The position numbers and the translations under genes are program-made. The notes beneath the pieces are model-generated. The model did no database searches. It was not told the origin of the DNA and saw nothing but the letters and a program-made list of their open reading frames with translations. DNA of 64,000 bases from Bacteroidota bacterium (GTDB lineage: Bacteria > Bacteroidota > Ignavibacteria > Kryptoniales > JAKASW01): NCBI GenBank assembly GCA_021811615.1, contig JAJZNW010000037.1, positions 13,623 to 77,622 on the forward strand. Direction: 5' to 3'. This document shows positions 27,464 to 35,963 of the stretch, piece after piece (the stretch's first letter is position 1; each line of letters starts with the position of its first letter).

Positions 27464-28553
27464 TCCGGTGAAAAGCAAGAGGCATTGGCTCGAACATCCG
27501 GCCACTCAGAACTTCCTAATACCGATTTTTGCAGTGATACTGTCTTTTGCAGTCGGGGCAATTTTCATACTGATCGTAGGCCAAAACCCGTTCCAGGTCT
27601 ACTCGGTTCTTTTCTCGGAGACTCTTGGAACATCTTACGGTGTGGGCCAGCTCCTTTTCAAGACGACACCTCTCATTTTCGCTGGGCTGTCAGTCGCGAT
27701 TTGTTTCAAGGGAGGGTTGTTCAACATCGGAGCCGAGGGGCAGCTTCAGATCGGAGCGTTCATGACTGCGCTCGTAGGGATGTACACAGTCGGTGTGCCG
27801 GCGTTCCTTGAAATCCCTCTCCTGGTTTTGGCCGGGATGGTGGGCGGAGGTATCTGGGGATTCATACCTGGCTACCTGAAGGCGAAGACGGGAGCGCATG
27901 AAGTCATCAACACGATAATGCTGAACTTCATCGCGGCCGCCCTCGTCAGCTTCTTCGTCACCAACCTATTCAACGTACCTGCGACGGTGCACACTCCAGA
28001 CATCGCCCCGACAGGAAGGATACCTCGTTTCGACACAATCTTTTCGAGCTTCTCCGGTTCTCCCGTTAACTTCTCCATACTGATAGCGGTTCTGGCCGCA
28101 GTCGCCGTGTGGTACTATGTTGATAAGACGAGATACGGCTATGAGCTGCGAGTAGTAGGACTTAATTCGAAAGCCGCCGAGTACGGGGGTATCAGCGTGT
28201 CTAAGAACATCATACTCAGTATGACCATCGGCGGCGCCATCGCGGGCCTCGTCGGCACCAACTACGTCATGGGCTACAAATATTATTTTGAGGAGGGATT
28301 TTCCACCGGGACCGGCTTCATGGGGATAGCCGTAGCGCTCCTGGGAAACAACAATCCGTTCGGAGTAATACTTGCAGCGCTCCTTTTCGGGATGCTCGAA
28401 TACGGAGGCCTTGTAATCAACACGATGGTTCCCAAAGAACTCGTGAGCATACTGCAGGCGATCGTGATAATATTTGTCATTTCGTCCAACAAAATATTCA
28501 GAAAAATCGTTGTAAACTTCCTGAAGAAGAGGACACTGAGGGTAAATGATTAG
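27456..28553 (+). CDS. ABC transporter permease (nucleoside/sugar type)
   Basis: 365 aa with about 9-10 TM helices. Overlaps the ATPase stop by 8 nt. Confidence 0.85.
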   Translation: MADPVKSKRHWLEHPATQNFLIPIFAVILSFAVGAIFILIVGQNPFQVYSVLFSETLGTSYGVGQLLFKTTPLIFAGLSVAICFKGGLFNIGAEGQLQIGAFMTALVGMYTVGVPAFLEIPLLVLAGMVGGGIWGFIPGYLKAKTGAHEVINTIMLNFIAAALVSFFVTNLFNVPATVHTPDIAPTGRIPRFDTIFSSFSGSPVNFSILIAVLAAVAVWYYVDKTRYGYELRVVGLNSKAAEYGGISVSKNIILSMTIGGAIAGLVGTNYVMGYKYYFEEGFSTGTGFMGIAVALLGNNNPFGVILAALLFGMLEYGGLVINTMVPKELVSILQAIVIIFVISSNKIFRKIVVNFLKKRTLRVND

Positions 28554-29460
28554 CCAGATATTCTCGCTTGCGTTCCTGGCGCAGACGATCAGGATTACGG
28601 TACCCTATTCTCTCGCATCGCTCGGCGGCGTGTACAGCGAGCGCGGCGGAGTCGTAAACATCGCGCTTGAAGGGATCATTCTCAACGGCGCCTTCTGCGC
28701 GACGGTGGGGACATATTATACGGGCAGTCCATGGTTCGGGTTATTGTGTGGGATTGCGGGCGGGCTTCTGGTCGCCGCAATTCACGCGGTAATATCGATT
28801 CACGTCAAGGCGGACCAAATAATTTCAGGCATAGCGCTTAACCTTTTCGCCGTCGGGATAACGAAGTTCGTTCTTGAACTCCTTTTCCAGAGCTCGAGTA
28901 ATTCTCCAAGGATCGCCGGGCTTCCATATATCAAACTCGGATTCATACAGAACCAACCCGACGTGGCGCACCTCCTCGGGAATCCTCTCGTTCTCCTGAC
29001 AGTGCTGATAGTGGTCGCAAGTCATTTCATAATCTTCAAAACCCGGTTCGGATTGCGGCTTAGATCCGTGGGTGAAAATCCGGAAGCGGCCGATACCGTC
29101 GGCATCAATGTGACTTGGTACCGATATTACGGAGTTTTGATAAGCGGTGTGCTCGCGGGACTCGCAGGAGCGTGGCTGGCATTCGACCAGCATTCGTTCA
29201 CCGATGGCATGTCCGCCGGTCGCGGGTACATAGCGCTTGCCGCGATGATTGTCGGCAAGTGGAATCCGCTCGGTGCTGCGGCGGCCTGCCTTCTTTTCGG
29301 TTTCGCGGAAAGCCTTCAGATACAATTGCAGGGAGGCACGCTGCCGACACAGTTCATACAGATGATCCCTTACCTCGCAACCATAATAGTGCTCGCCGGA
29401 TTCATAGGAAAATCGGTTGCCCCAGGTGCCGACGGAATCCCTTATGAGAAAGAAAAATAG
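28546..29460 (+). CDS. ABC transporter permease (nucleoside/sugar type)
   Basis: 304 aa, polytopic. Overlaps the preceding permease by 8 nt. Confidence 0.85.
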   Translation: MISQIFSLAFLAQTIRITVPYSLASLGGVYSERGGVVNIALEGIILNGAFCATVGTYYTGSPWFGLLCGIAGGLLVAAIHAVISIHVKADQIISGIALNLFAVGITKFVLELLFQSSSNSPRIAGLPYIKLGFIQNQPDVAHLLGNPLVLLTVLIVVASHFIIFKTRFGLRLRSVGENPEAADTVGINVTWYRYYGVLISGVLAGLAGAWLAFDQHSFTDGMSAGRGYIALAAMIVGKWNPLGAAAACLLFGFAESLQIQLQGGTLPTQFIQMIPYLATIIVLAGFIGKSVAPGADGIPYEKEK

Positions 29461-29469
29461 GCAGCCGCG

Positions 29470-30294
29470 GTGAAGATGAAGATCGACCGGCCTGTTGAAT
29501 GGCCTTTCGAAGAGTCGACCGGGTATCTCCGCGAGAAGTTCGCGGGAAAGAACCATGATATTGCGGTCGTACTCGGAAGCGGTCTCGGGGGATTCACAAG
29601 ACATATTGCTGAAGAGGCAACACTCTCCACAGCAGATATTCCAGGCTATCCTCGCTCCACGGTGACCGGGCACAGCGGAAGGATCATAAGCGCCCGGGTG
29701 ACGGACAAAAGAGTTCTTGTCTTCAGCGGAAGAGTCCATTACTATGAGTCCGCTTCAACGCTTGATGCAGCAGTCACTGCGATGGTTTCGCACTCCCTGG
29801 GGATCAAGACCATCGTCCTGACTAATGCGGCAGGAATATTAAACGAGAATTTCTATCCCGGCGACCTGATGCTGGTCAAGGACCAGCTCAATCTGACATC
29901 AAGGGACGTTTTGGCGGACCTGCACTTCCCCGTCGTGAACGTGGATCCTATTTACAGTGAACGAATGGCCCGGTTGATGTACGAAGCATCGGAAAAGGCC
30001 GGGATAAACCTTAAGGCGGGAACGTATGTTGGACTGACGGGACCTTCCTATGAGACTCCTGCGGAGGTAAGGATGTACCGCAGACTCGGCGGCGATGCCG
30101 TCGGCATGTCGACCGTACATGAAGCAATATTCGCTCGGGCGGCGGGCATGGATGTCGTCGGAATAAGTTGTCTGACTAACTACAGCACGGGTATTACTTC
30201 AGAAAAGCTCTCGCACGCCGAGGTGACAGAAATCGGGGCGCGAGTCGACAACAAGTTCTCGAGTTTACTGACCGCCTTCATAAGCTCCCTCTGA
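29470..30294 (+). CDS. punA: Purine nucleoside phosphorylase (trimeric PNP-I type)
   Basis: VVLGSGLGGF, TGPSYETPAE, GGDAVGMSTVHEAI and ISCLTNY motifs. GTG start at 29470; an ATG at 29476 is also possible. Confidence 0.9.
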   Translation: MKMKIDRPVEWPFEESTGYLREKFAGKNHDIAVVLGSGLGGFTRHIAEEATLSTADIPGYPRSTVTGHSGRIISARVTDKRVLVFSGRVHYYESASTLDAAVTAMVSHSLGIKTIVLTNAAGILNENFYPGDLMLVKDQLNLTSRDVLADLHFPVVNVDPIYSERMARLMYEASEKAGINLKAGTYVGLTGPSYETPAEVRMYRRLGGDAVGMSTVHEAIFARAAGMDVVGISCLTNYSTGITSEKLSHAEVTEIGARVDNKFSSLLTAFISSL

Positions 30295-30309
30295 TTCAGA
30301 CAGCCAATT

Positions 30310-30777
30310 TTACTTCTTCGGTGCTTTGGTGCGCAGGAACTCGAGAATAGCGCGTGCTTGCTCCTTCGTCACGCCCGGGACGATCATCGGGACATGATAT
30401 TTATCAAGGAGTGCTTTGGCCACCGGGTCTTCTGATTCCATCACCGTGCTGTTGAGTATCATGTTCATTATGAATTCAGGTGAATAATCCTGTGTAGAGT
30501 ACTCGAGTGGCGGACCGACTAACCTGGAATCAAGCTGATGACAGGACATACATTTTTCTTCGAACTGTGACTTTCCCTTTTCAGCAAGCTTCTTGTCGAT
30601 GGGACCAAGGGTCACGGATTTTATCGGGCCTATTCCCTTGTCCTGTTTTGTATCTACCGCCGCCTTGTCAGCTCCTTTGGCTTTTTGAGGGTTTTGGGCT
30701 GCGGCAAGATTTGCGGGATCAGTGCAGACAGCAACTCCTATTGACAGAACAAACGCAAGAAGCGCGAGTCGTTTCAT
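30310..30777 (-). CDS. Periplasmic monohaem c-type cytochrome
   Basis: Signal peptide MKRLALLAFVLSIGVAV..., one CMSCH haem-binding site followed by LDSRLVGPP. The ATG at 30777 has GGAGA 8 nt upstream; the track start at 30792 is a TTG. Confidence 0.8.
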   Translation of the reverse strand: MKRLALLAFVLSIGVAVCTDPANLAAAQNPQKAKGADKAAVDTKQDKGIGPIKSVTLGPIDKKLAEKGKSQFEEKCMSCHQLDSRLVGPPLEYSTQDYSPEFIMNMILNSTVMESEDPVAKALLDKYHVPMIVPGVTKEQARAILEFLRTKAPKK

Positions 30778-31003
30778 CTGGTCATTCTCCAATTTAGTAT
30801 TACGTTAAGCAGCGTCGATGCCTTCCTTCGATATTCACACGCGTGTGATCGTAGTCCGAAAGTCAGGCGAGACGCTGCAGCTGCCGCCTGGAAATCGAGA
30901 TTATGGTTCGACCTCCGGAGGCAACGGTGTACAAATATAGACATTTAGTGAATTCTGTTCACGACCAGGTATGATTCTTCTTCCCATCTCCCGTCGACGA
31001 AGC

Positions 31004-31032
31004 GGCCGGGATCTGTTTCAAAGATCCCGGCC
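31004..31032 (-). terminator. GC-rich perfect hairpin downstream of the cytochrome-porin gene (terminator-like, no U tract)
   Basis: GGCCGGGATCT (31004-31014), 7-nt loop, AGATCCCGGCC (31022-31032). Lies 45 nt after the stop at 31077. Flanking TCGAC/GTCGA could extend the stem. No T run follows on either strand. Confidence 0.45.
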
Positions 31033-31076
31033 GTCGAAACATCTTCACTCGGTTTGAAAACTTTCCCGGATACAGA

Positions 31077-32453
31077 TTAGAGAACGATCCAGGTCGAGAT
31101 ATAGAGCGTATTGTTGTTGGCAGCGCTTCTCCCAAACCCGTCGTAATTCGAGCTGCCGCCGTTGAACTTGGTATACAGCACATACTGGATGCCGAGTCTC
31201 GTGTTTTGCCACGGGTTGAAATCGAATTCGGCCATGACGCCGCTGCTGTTTGGGCTGCCGGTAAGGCTCCCGTCTACAGAAGCGGGAGCATACAGCCCTC
31301 CGTCGGCGGAACCATACGTGTTGAAATACTGAGCCATCACCGCAAGACCATTACAGAACATATACGACCCGTCGATACGGAATGTGTTCAGGTTGTTAGT
31401 CGGGTTAGCAGATCCTCCCGCCGCAAAAGTGGCCTTAAGGTCCTGGTTCTCGTGAATCCACGTAGAGTGAAACACAAGTTCGTTTTGGCCGACGGAATGC
31501 TCGACCTGGAAATCGAAGGCGACATCGGTATAATTATCCGTCGCGCCGCTTATTCCGCTCGGATAAATATTAGTCGACAATCCGTAAGTTCCAATTTCGA
31601 CGTATGAATTCGAAAACTGTCTTTGAAGAGCGACTCTCCAATAAGGTGCTACTCCACTTATGGTGAAGTTTGCGTGGGAATCCGGCGGGAAAGGACCGCC
31701 CTGCGGAGCCGATTTGTATCCGGACAGGTCGGCGTAAATCAGATTATCGTACATGGCGAATGCGCCGAGTCCCGCGACGTTTCCTCCGAAGGCGCCGTCG
31801 ATGAGTGTGCTCGCGCCTGGAGTCGGTGCGCTGCTTGAGGAAGCATACGGATATCCCCAGGCAGGCGTGCTGTTCCAGAGATCCTCGACTGTCGGGTTAT
31901 TATTGAGCGTGAGTCCATAAGTGATCGGATGATCTGCGATGAGCCCCTGGTTCGAGTACCGGATGTCGGTGTTGTCCCATCCGAACGACGCGCCCTGGTC
32001 GTCATAAGTAATCTGGGTGAAGGCTCCTATGTGAGGAGTGATTTCACCGCCGAGGAAAAGGCTGAGCTGCTGAGGGAATTCCATATTGCCGGTCTTCGTT
32101 CCCGGAACCGGTTTCGCGACATCATTGTATGAAGCCTGCACCATTGCAGAAAGCAGGAAGTTCCTGAGAAGCTTCAGCGCTCCCTGGTCCCCTTTCGCCT
32201 TCGCATCTATCGTCTGGCGTCCCACCATAGTATAGCCGTTCAGTTTGAAACTCCTTCCGAACGGAGTGAGTTCAGGGAAGGAATAGTGGCATGAACTGCA
32301 GGCAAGCCCTGTCTGGCGGGCATAACTGGGTATAGCGTACGCGTTTCCACTCATAACAACGAGAGTCAAAGCCCCCACTATCAGAAGGGCCGTTTTTTTT
32401 CCTAAGGATTGAAACATTGAGTTGGTCCTTGAATTTGTTAAATCACTAATCAT
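31077..32453 (-). CDS. Outer-membrane beta-barrel protein with N-terminal monohaem motif (Cyc2/Cyt572-like fused cytochrome-porin candidate)
   Basis: Strong RBS AGGAGGAG (32459-32466). Signal peptide ending GNAYA. Single CSSCH at residues 52-56 (nt 32286-32300). The remaining ~400 aa have no hydrophobic helix and are rich in alternating aromatic/Gly/Asn/Ser residues, with a porin-like C-terminus NNNTLYISTWIVL. Confidence 0.6.
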   Translation of the reverse strand: MISDLTNSRTNSMFQSLGKKTALLIVGALTLVVMSGNAYAIPSYARQTGLACSSCHYSFPELTPFGRSFKLNGYTMVGRQTIDAKAKGDQGALKLLRNFLLSAMVQASYNDVAKPVPGTKTGNMEFPQQLSLFLGGEITPHIGAFTQITYDDQGASFGWDNTDIRYSNQGLIADHPITYGLTLNNNPTVEDLWNSTPAWGYPYASSSSAPTPGASTLIDGAFGGNVAGLGAFAMYDNLIYADLSGYKSAPQGGPFPPDSHANFTISGVAPYWRVALQRQFSNSYVEIGTYGLSTNIYPSGISGATDNYTDVAFDFQVEHSVGQNELVFHSTWIHENQDLKATFAAGGSANPTNNLNTFRIDGSYMFCNGLAVMAQYFNTYGSADGGLYAPASVDGSLTGSPNSSGVMAEFDFNPWQNTRLGIQYVLYTKFNGGSSNYDGFGRSAANNNTLYISTWIVL

Positions 32454-33327
32454 TGGTTCTCCTCCTGCTTAGTTTTATCTGAACAAGATTAACGTCAGCA
32501 TTCGTCGACATCAGGAAGACAAGAATGGGAAAAGCAGACTACTAACTCAAAGAAAGGCCCGCATAATTCCATGTCACCTTCCGATGTCGCCCTGAGATCA
32601 TCAATAGCTGTGCCATAGAAAGCACCCAAACTGATCTAAAATAGTACAAAATCCCTACGGGAGAGTCAAGTGTTCGGGGCAAACGTGACTAATTGCCCCT
32701 GTCAATTGCCTAAGATAATTACACATCAGAGTTCAGGTCTTGATCTAAGCAGCAAGATCTCATTCGAAAGCTACACAATATCAGACCGATTGGACACGGG
32801 GTGGATGATTTTGACTCACCTGGGTGTTGTTTAATTCGCTTCAAATGATTAAATAGGAGTGTGAGGAGTGAAACCGTCGGAGAGGAAACCAGGGTAGAAG
32901 GAAACTAGGCTCGGATTAAGAGAGGTTTCATGAAGCTAACCTTCATGGAAGCGACGCGAGCTTGTTAGCCCTACCGGTCATGAATAAAGCGGTCTCGCCG
33001 CCAGTTTCATCAACACTGACAGTGTGAGTTCTGTATGAACTCCTTGTCCTTTTAAATCCCAATCGAAGATCCTGAAGAAGCGCCGTCTGGTTGCCAGTGC
33101 CATTGAGATGTTTGATTTACGTATTGCAGCAGAACAAAGGTACCGGAACGTCAGCGCACCTTCGTCCTCTACCCGACGAGGTCCGCGTTTGGGGATCTCA
33201 GGAGTTAGAGTACACACCGGATCATTAACATAGATAACGAACCAACCGGCAATCGCCATGATTGGTGGAGACAAGCACGAATCGGGCGGTGGCAATTGAA
33301 GTCTGAAACAAATCCTAAGGAAGGGTT

Positions 33328-33864
33328 ATGGAAAACTCAGAAGAACCCAAAATCCAGGAACAGCACGACCCATCCCGCAGGTCTTTTCTCAAGATCGGGA
33401 CGGGAGTTATCGGAGGATTCGCAACACTTATCCTCGCAGTTCCATTTTTGGATGCTCTTGTAAGCCAATCTCTGCGAATAAAGATTGGAAAATTCGTAAA
33501 TGCAGGTCCGGTCTCTTCAATCTCCGGCAATAATCCTCAGAAGGTCTTCTTCGACGAGCGTGATCGGGATGCATATATTGAAGAGGTAGAAAGACGGGAC
33601 GTATGGGCAATCAAGAACGGCGAGAAAGACATTACCGTGTTCTCACCGATTTGTCCCCATCTGGGTTGCCGATATACCTGGCACCCTGAACGCGATGAAT
33701 TCATTTGTCCTTGCCACGGCAGTGTATTCGCCAAGGATGGAAAGGTTCTCCATGGTCCTGCCCCACGCCCGCTGGACACGCTCCCGACAAAAATCGAAAA
33801 CGGAGAACTCTACGTTAAATGGGAACGTTTCAAGTTAGGTGTTCCTAAGAAGATAGTGGTATAG
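33328..33864 (+). CDS. Rieske [2Fe-2S] subunit of a cytochrome bc/b6f-type complex
   Basis: Twin-arginine signal SRRSFLKIG. Cluster-binding boxes CPHLGCRY and CPCHGSVF. RBS AAGGAAGGG upstream. Confidence 0.9.
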   Translation: MENSEEPKIQEQHDPSRRSFLKIGTGVIGGFATLILAVPFLDALVSQSLRIKIGKFVNAGPVSSISGNNPQKVFFDERDRDAYIEEVERRDVWAIKNGEKDITVFSPICPHLGCRYTWHPERDEFICPCHGSVFAKDGKVLHGPAPRPLDTLPTKIENGELYVKWERFKLGVPKKIVV

Positions 33865-33878
33865 GAGGATAACTGCAG

Positions 33879-35909
33879 ATGCTATCAAACATACTAGAGT
33901 GGATTAACGATCGATGGCCTGTGAAAGAAGTGTGGAAGGCCGCTACCGAGGAAGAGATTCCCGGAGGTTCCAGCTACGCTTATGTTTTTGGAAGTGCCAC
34001 ACTATTTCTCTTCTTGCTTCAGATTGTCACAGGCGTCTGGCAAATTTTTTACTACGTTCCGACGACCGACCATGCATATCAGTCGCTTTCTTATCTGAGG
34101 ATATCGGTCCCGTTCGGATGGCTGATTCACGGCCTTCACTATTGGGGAGCAACGGCGATGGTTGTACTCGTAGCCGTTCACCTTTCGCGAGTGTACATCT
34201 GGGGAGGTTACAAGAAACCTCGTGAGCTCACCTGGCTCCTTGGGGTGTTCCTGTTGCTCTTCACGATGGCGATGAGCTTCACGGGAGCCGCCCTTCCCTG
34301 GGATGAGACCGGCTACTGGGCCTCGGAGGTAGGCACAAGCATAGCGGGCACGACTCCCATGCTTGGCAACATAGCCGAGAGCCTTCTGCGCGGCGGCGCG
34401 AAAATGGGACAGCTGACATTGTCGCGCTTTTTCATTCTGCACGTCGCAATAATACCGGCGATCCTTCTAGCGTTCATTGCGCTCCACCTCGTAGCCTTTC
34501 GCAAGAAAGGTAGCGTGGGACCGTGGGAGGAGTCGAAACGGAAGCGGAGCGGCTCGTTCTGGCCCGATCAGGTTTTCAAGGACGCCTTCTTTTTCACGAT
34601 AATACTCCTTGCCTTGATCGCCCTCGCGGCATTTCTTGCACCGCCATTCTCAGGACCGGCCGACCCGATCGACACGACTTTCCAGCCCAAGCCTGAGTGG
34701 AACTTCCTTTTCCTCTACCAGGCGATAAAGGCTTTCCAGGGCCCGTGGGAGCCTGTCGGCACCATCGGTATTCCTACAGTTCTTTTCGCGTTCCTCTTCC
34801 TCCTTCCGTTTGTTGACAAGAATCCGGAGCGCAGTCCACGTAAACGGCCTGTCGCCATGTTGATTGGGTTCATCATCGCCGGCGGAATAACCACGTTGAC
34901 GATAACCGGGTATTACAGTCACCCGGGCGCAAAGCAAAACGGCACAACGGTAGCGGTGGCGTCCTCAAAGGCTGGAAATGCAGCAAACGTCGAGACCGTC
35001 GCAGCAAAGCAACCCGAGCTTCCCCCGCTCTCTCCGGCTCAGAAAGCAGGAGCTGAAAAGGGAGCAAAAGTCTTCGCGACTATGGGATGCACGGCGTGCC
35101 ACACAGTCAACGGAGTCGGCGGACATGTGGGACCCGATCTTTCCGGAGAAGGTCTCAAAGCCCACTCGGCTGCATGGCTTACAGCACAGATTCGAAATCC
35201 GAAGTCACACGATCCGAAGACAGTCATGCCTCCATTCACGATGCTGAGTAACGTCCAGGTCGGAGAACTCGTGGACTATTTGACCAGTCTTCGCAGCAAG
35301 CCTGTACCGGCAGCCGCTCCTTCCACCTCCGTTGCTGCTAAGACACCGCAGGCGCCCCCCGCGAACGTCAGACTCGTCCAGCTGCCCTCAGAAGTAGGCG
35401 AGCCGGGCCTTGCGGCCAGCATGATCGGGAACGTCGAGCATGGTAAGAAGTTATTTGATGCGAACTGTGCCAGCTGTCACGGCGCCGACGGAAAGGGCGG
35501 AGTACCCAATCCCGGTTCTTATCTTGGAACGGTCCCCGCACTTAATCCTGTGAGACCCGAGCTGTTCAGCAAAGATCCGGAAGTGTTCGCGGATAATCTG
35601 GACCGTTTTATCGAAAACGGCGCCGCGCCTCCTGGACCGAGCCCGCAAAAGGCTATGGCTCCAATGAGCATGGTGGGCTACGGCAAGACTCAGTCTCTTA
35701 CACAGCAAGAGATCTCGAACATTATTGCCTACATAATGAGTCTCAATGGAGTAAACAGAGCCAAGATTCTGCACCCCGGGATAGCACCGAAGACATTCTT
35801 CTTCCTTGCCCTCGGAATTTTCATTGTGCTTTGGCTTATCCTCGGTACCTTGCGATTAGTTTCATCACAGGGAAAGACCGTTACACAGTCCGACACCGAG
35901 AAAAAATAG
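33879..35909 (+). CDS. Cytochrome b6 / subunit IV / dihaem cytochrome c fusion protein
   Basis: N-terminus is b6-like (HYWGATAMVVLVAVHLSRVYIWGGYKKPRELTW; FFILHVAIIPAILLAFIALHLVAFRKKG). Subunit-IV-like part carries KPEWNFLFLYQ. Two C-terminal class-I cytochrome c modules (CTACH, CASCH) and a final TM helix. RBS AGGAGG upstream. Confidence 0.85.
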   Translation: MLSNILEWINDRWPVKEVWKAATEEEIPGGSSYAYVFGSATLFLFLLQIVTGVWQIFYYVPTTDHAYQSLSYLRISVPFGWLIHGLHYWGATAMVVLVAVHLSRVYIWGGYKKPRELTWLLGVFLLLFTMAMSFTGAALPWDETGYWASEVGTSIAGTTPMLGNIAESLLRGGAKMGQLTLSRFFILHVAIIPAILLAFIALHLVAFRKKGSVGPWEESKRKRSGSFWPDQVFKDAFFFTIILLALIALAAFLAPPFSGPADPIDTTFQPKPEWNFLFLYQAIKAFQGPWEPVGTIGIPTVLFAFLFLLPFVDKNPERSPRKRPVAMLIGFIIAGGITTLTITGYYSHPGAKQNGTTVAVASSKAGNAANVETVAAKQPELPPLSPAQKAGAEKGAKVFATMGCTACHTVNGVGGHVGPDLSGEGLKAHSAAWLTAQIRNPKSHDPKTVMPPFTMLSNVQVGELVDYLTSLRSKPVPAAAPSTSVAAKTPQAPPANVRLVQLPSEVGEPGLAASMIGNVEHGKKLFDANCASCHGADGKGGVPNPGSYLGTVPALNPVRPELFSKDPEVFADNLDRFIENGAAPPGPSPQKAMAPMSMVGYGKTQSLTQQEISNIIAYIMSLNGVNRAKILHPGIAPKTFFFLALGIFIVLWLILGTLRLVSSQGKTVTQSDTEKK

Positions 35910-35929
35910 TCCCCTTCTTTTCCCCCAAG

Positions 35930-35963
35930 ATCGCATGCCTGCGTTAGCCACCAGGCATGCGAT
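35930..35963 (+). terminator. Perfect 12-bp hairpin after the cytochrome b/c gene (terminator-like, no U tract)
   Basis: ATCGCATGCCTG (35930-35941), 10-nt loop, CAGGCATGCGAT (35952-35963). Begins 21 nt after the stop codon. Confidence 0.5.

Noticed and set aside
28825-29739. 304-aa ORF on the minus strand spanning the second ABC permease and the start of the PNP gene
   Set aside because: It is entirely antisense to two well-supported genes. It has no RBS or recognisable motif, and its Arg/Cys/His-rich composition is typical of shadow ORFs in GC-balanced DNA.
32978-33295. 105-aa ORF in the long spacer, faintly reminiscent of an IS5/DUF4096 transposase N-terminus
   Set aside because: It has a TTG start without an RBS. 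The resemblance rests on a few residues (RGPRR, RRRFF..W..G.GV) with wrong spacing. No DDE domain, inverted repeats or target duplications are visible. It is kept only as a weak idea under the spacer finding.
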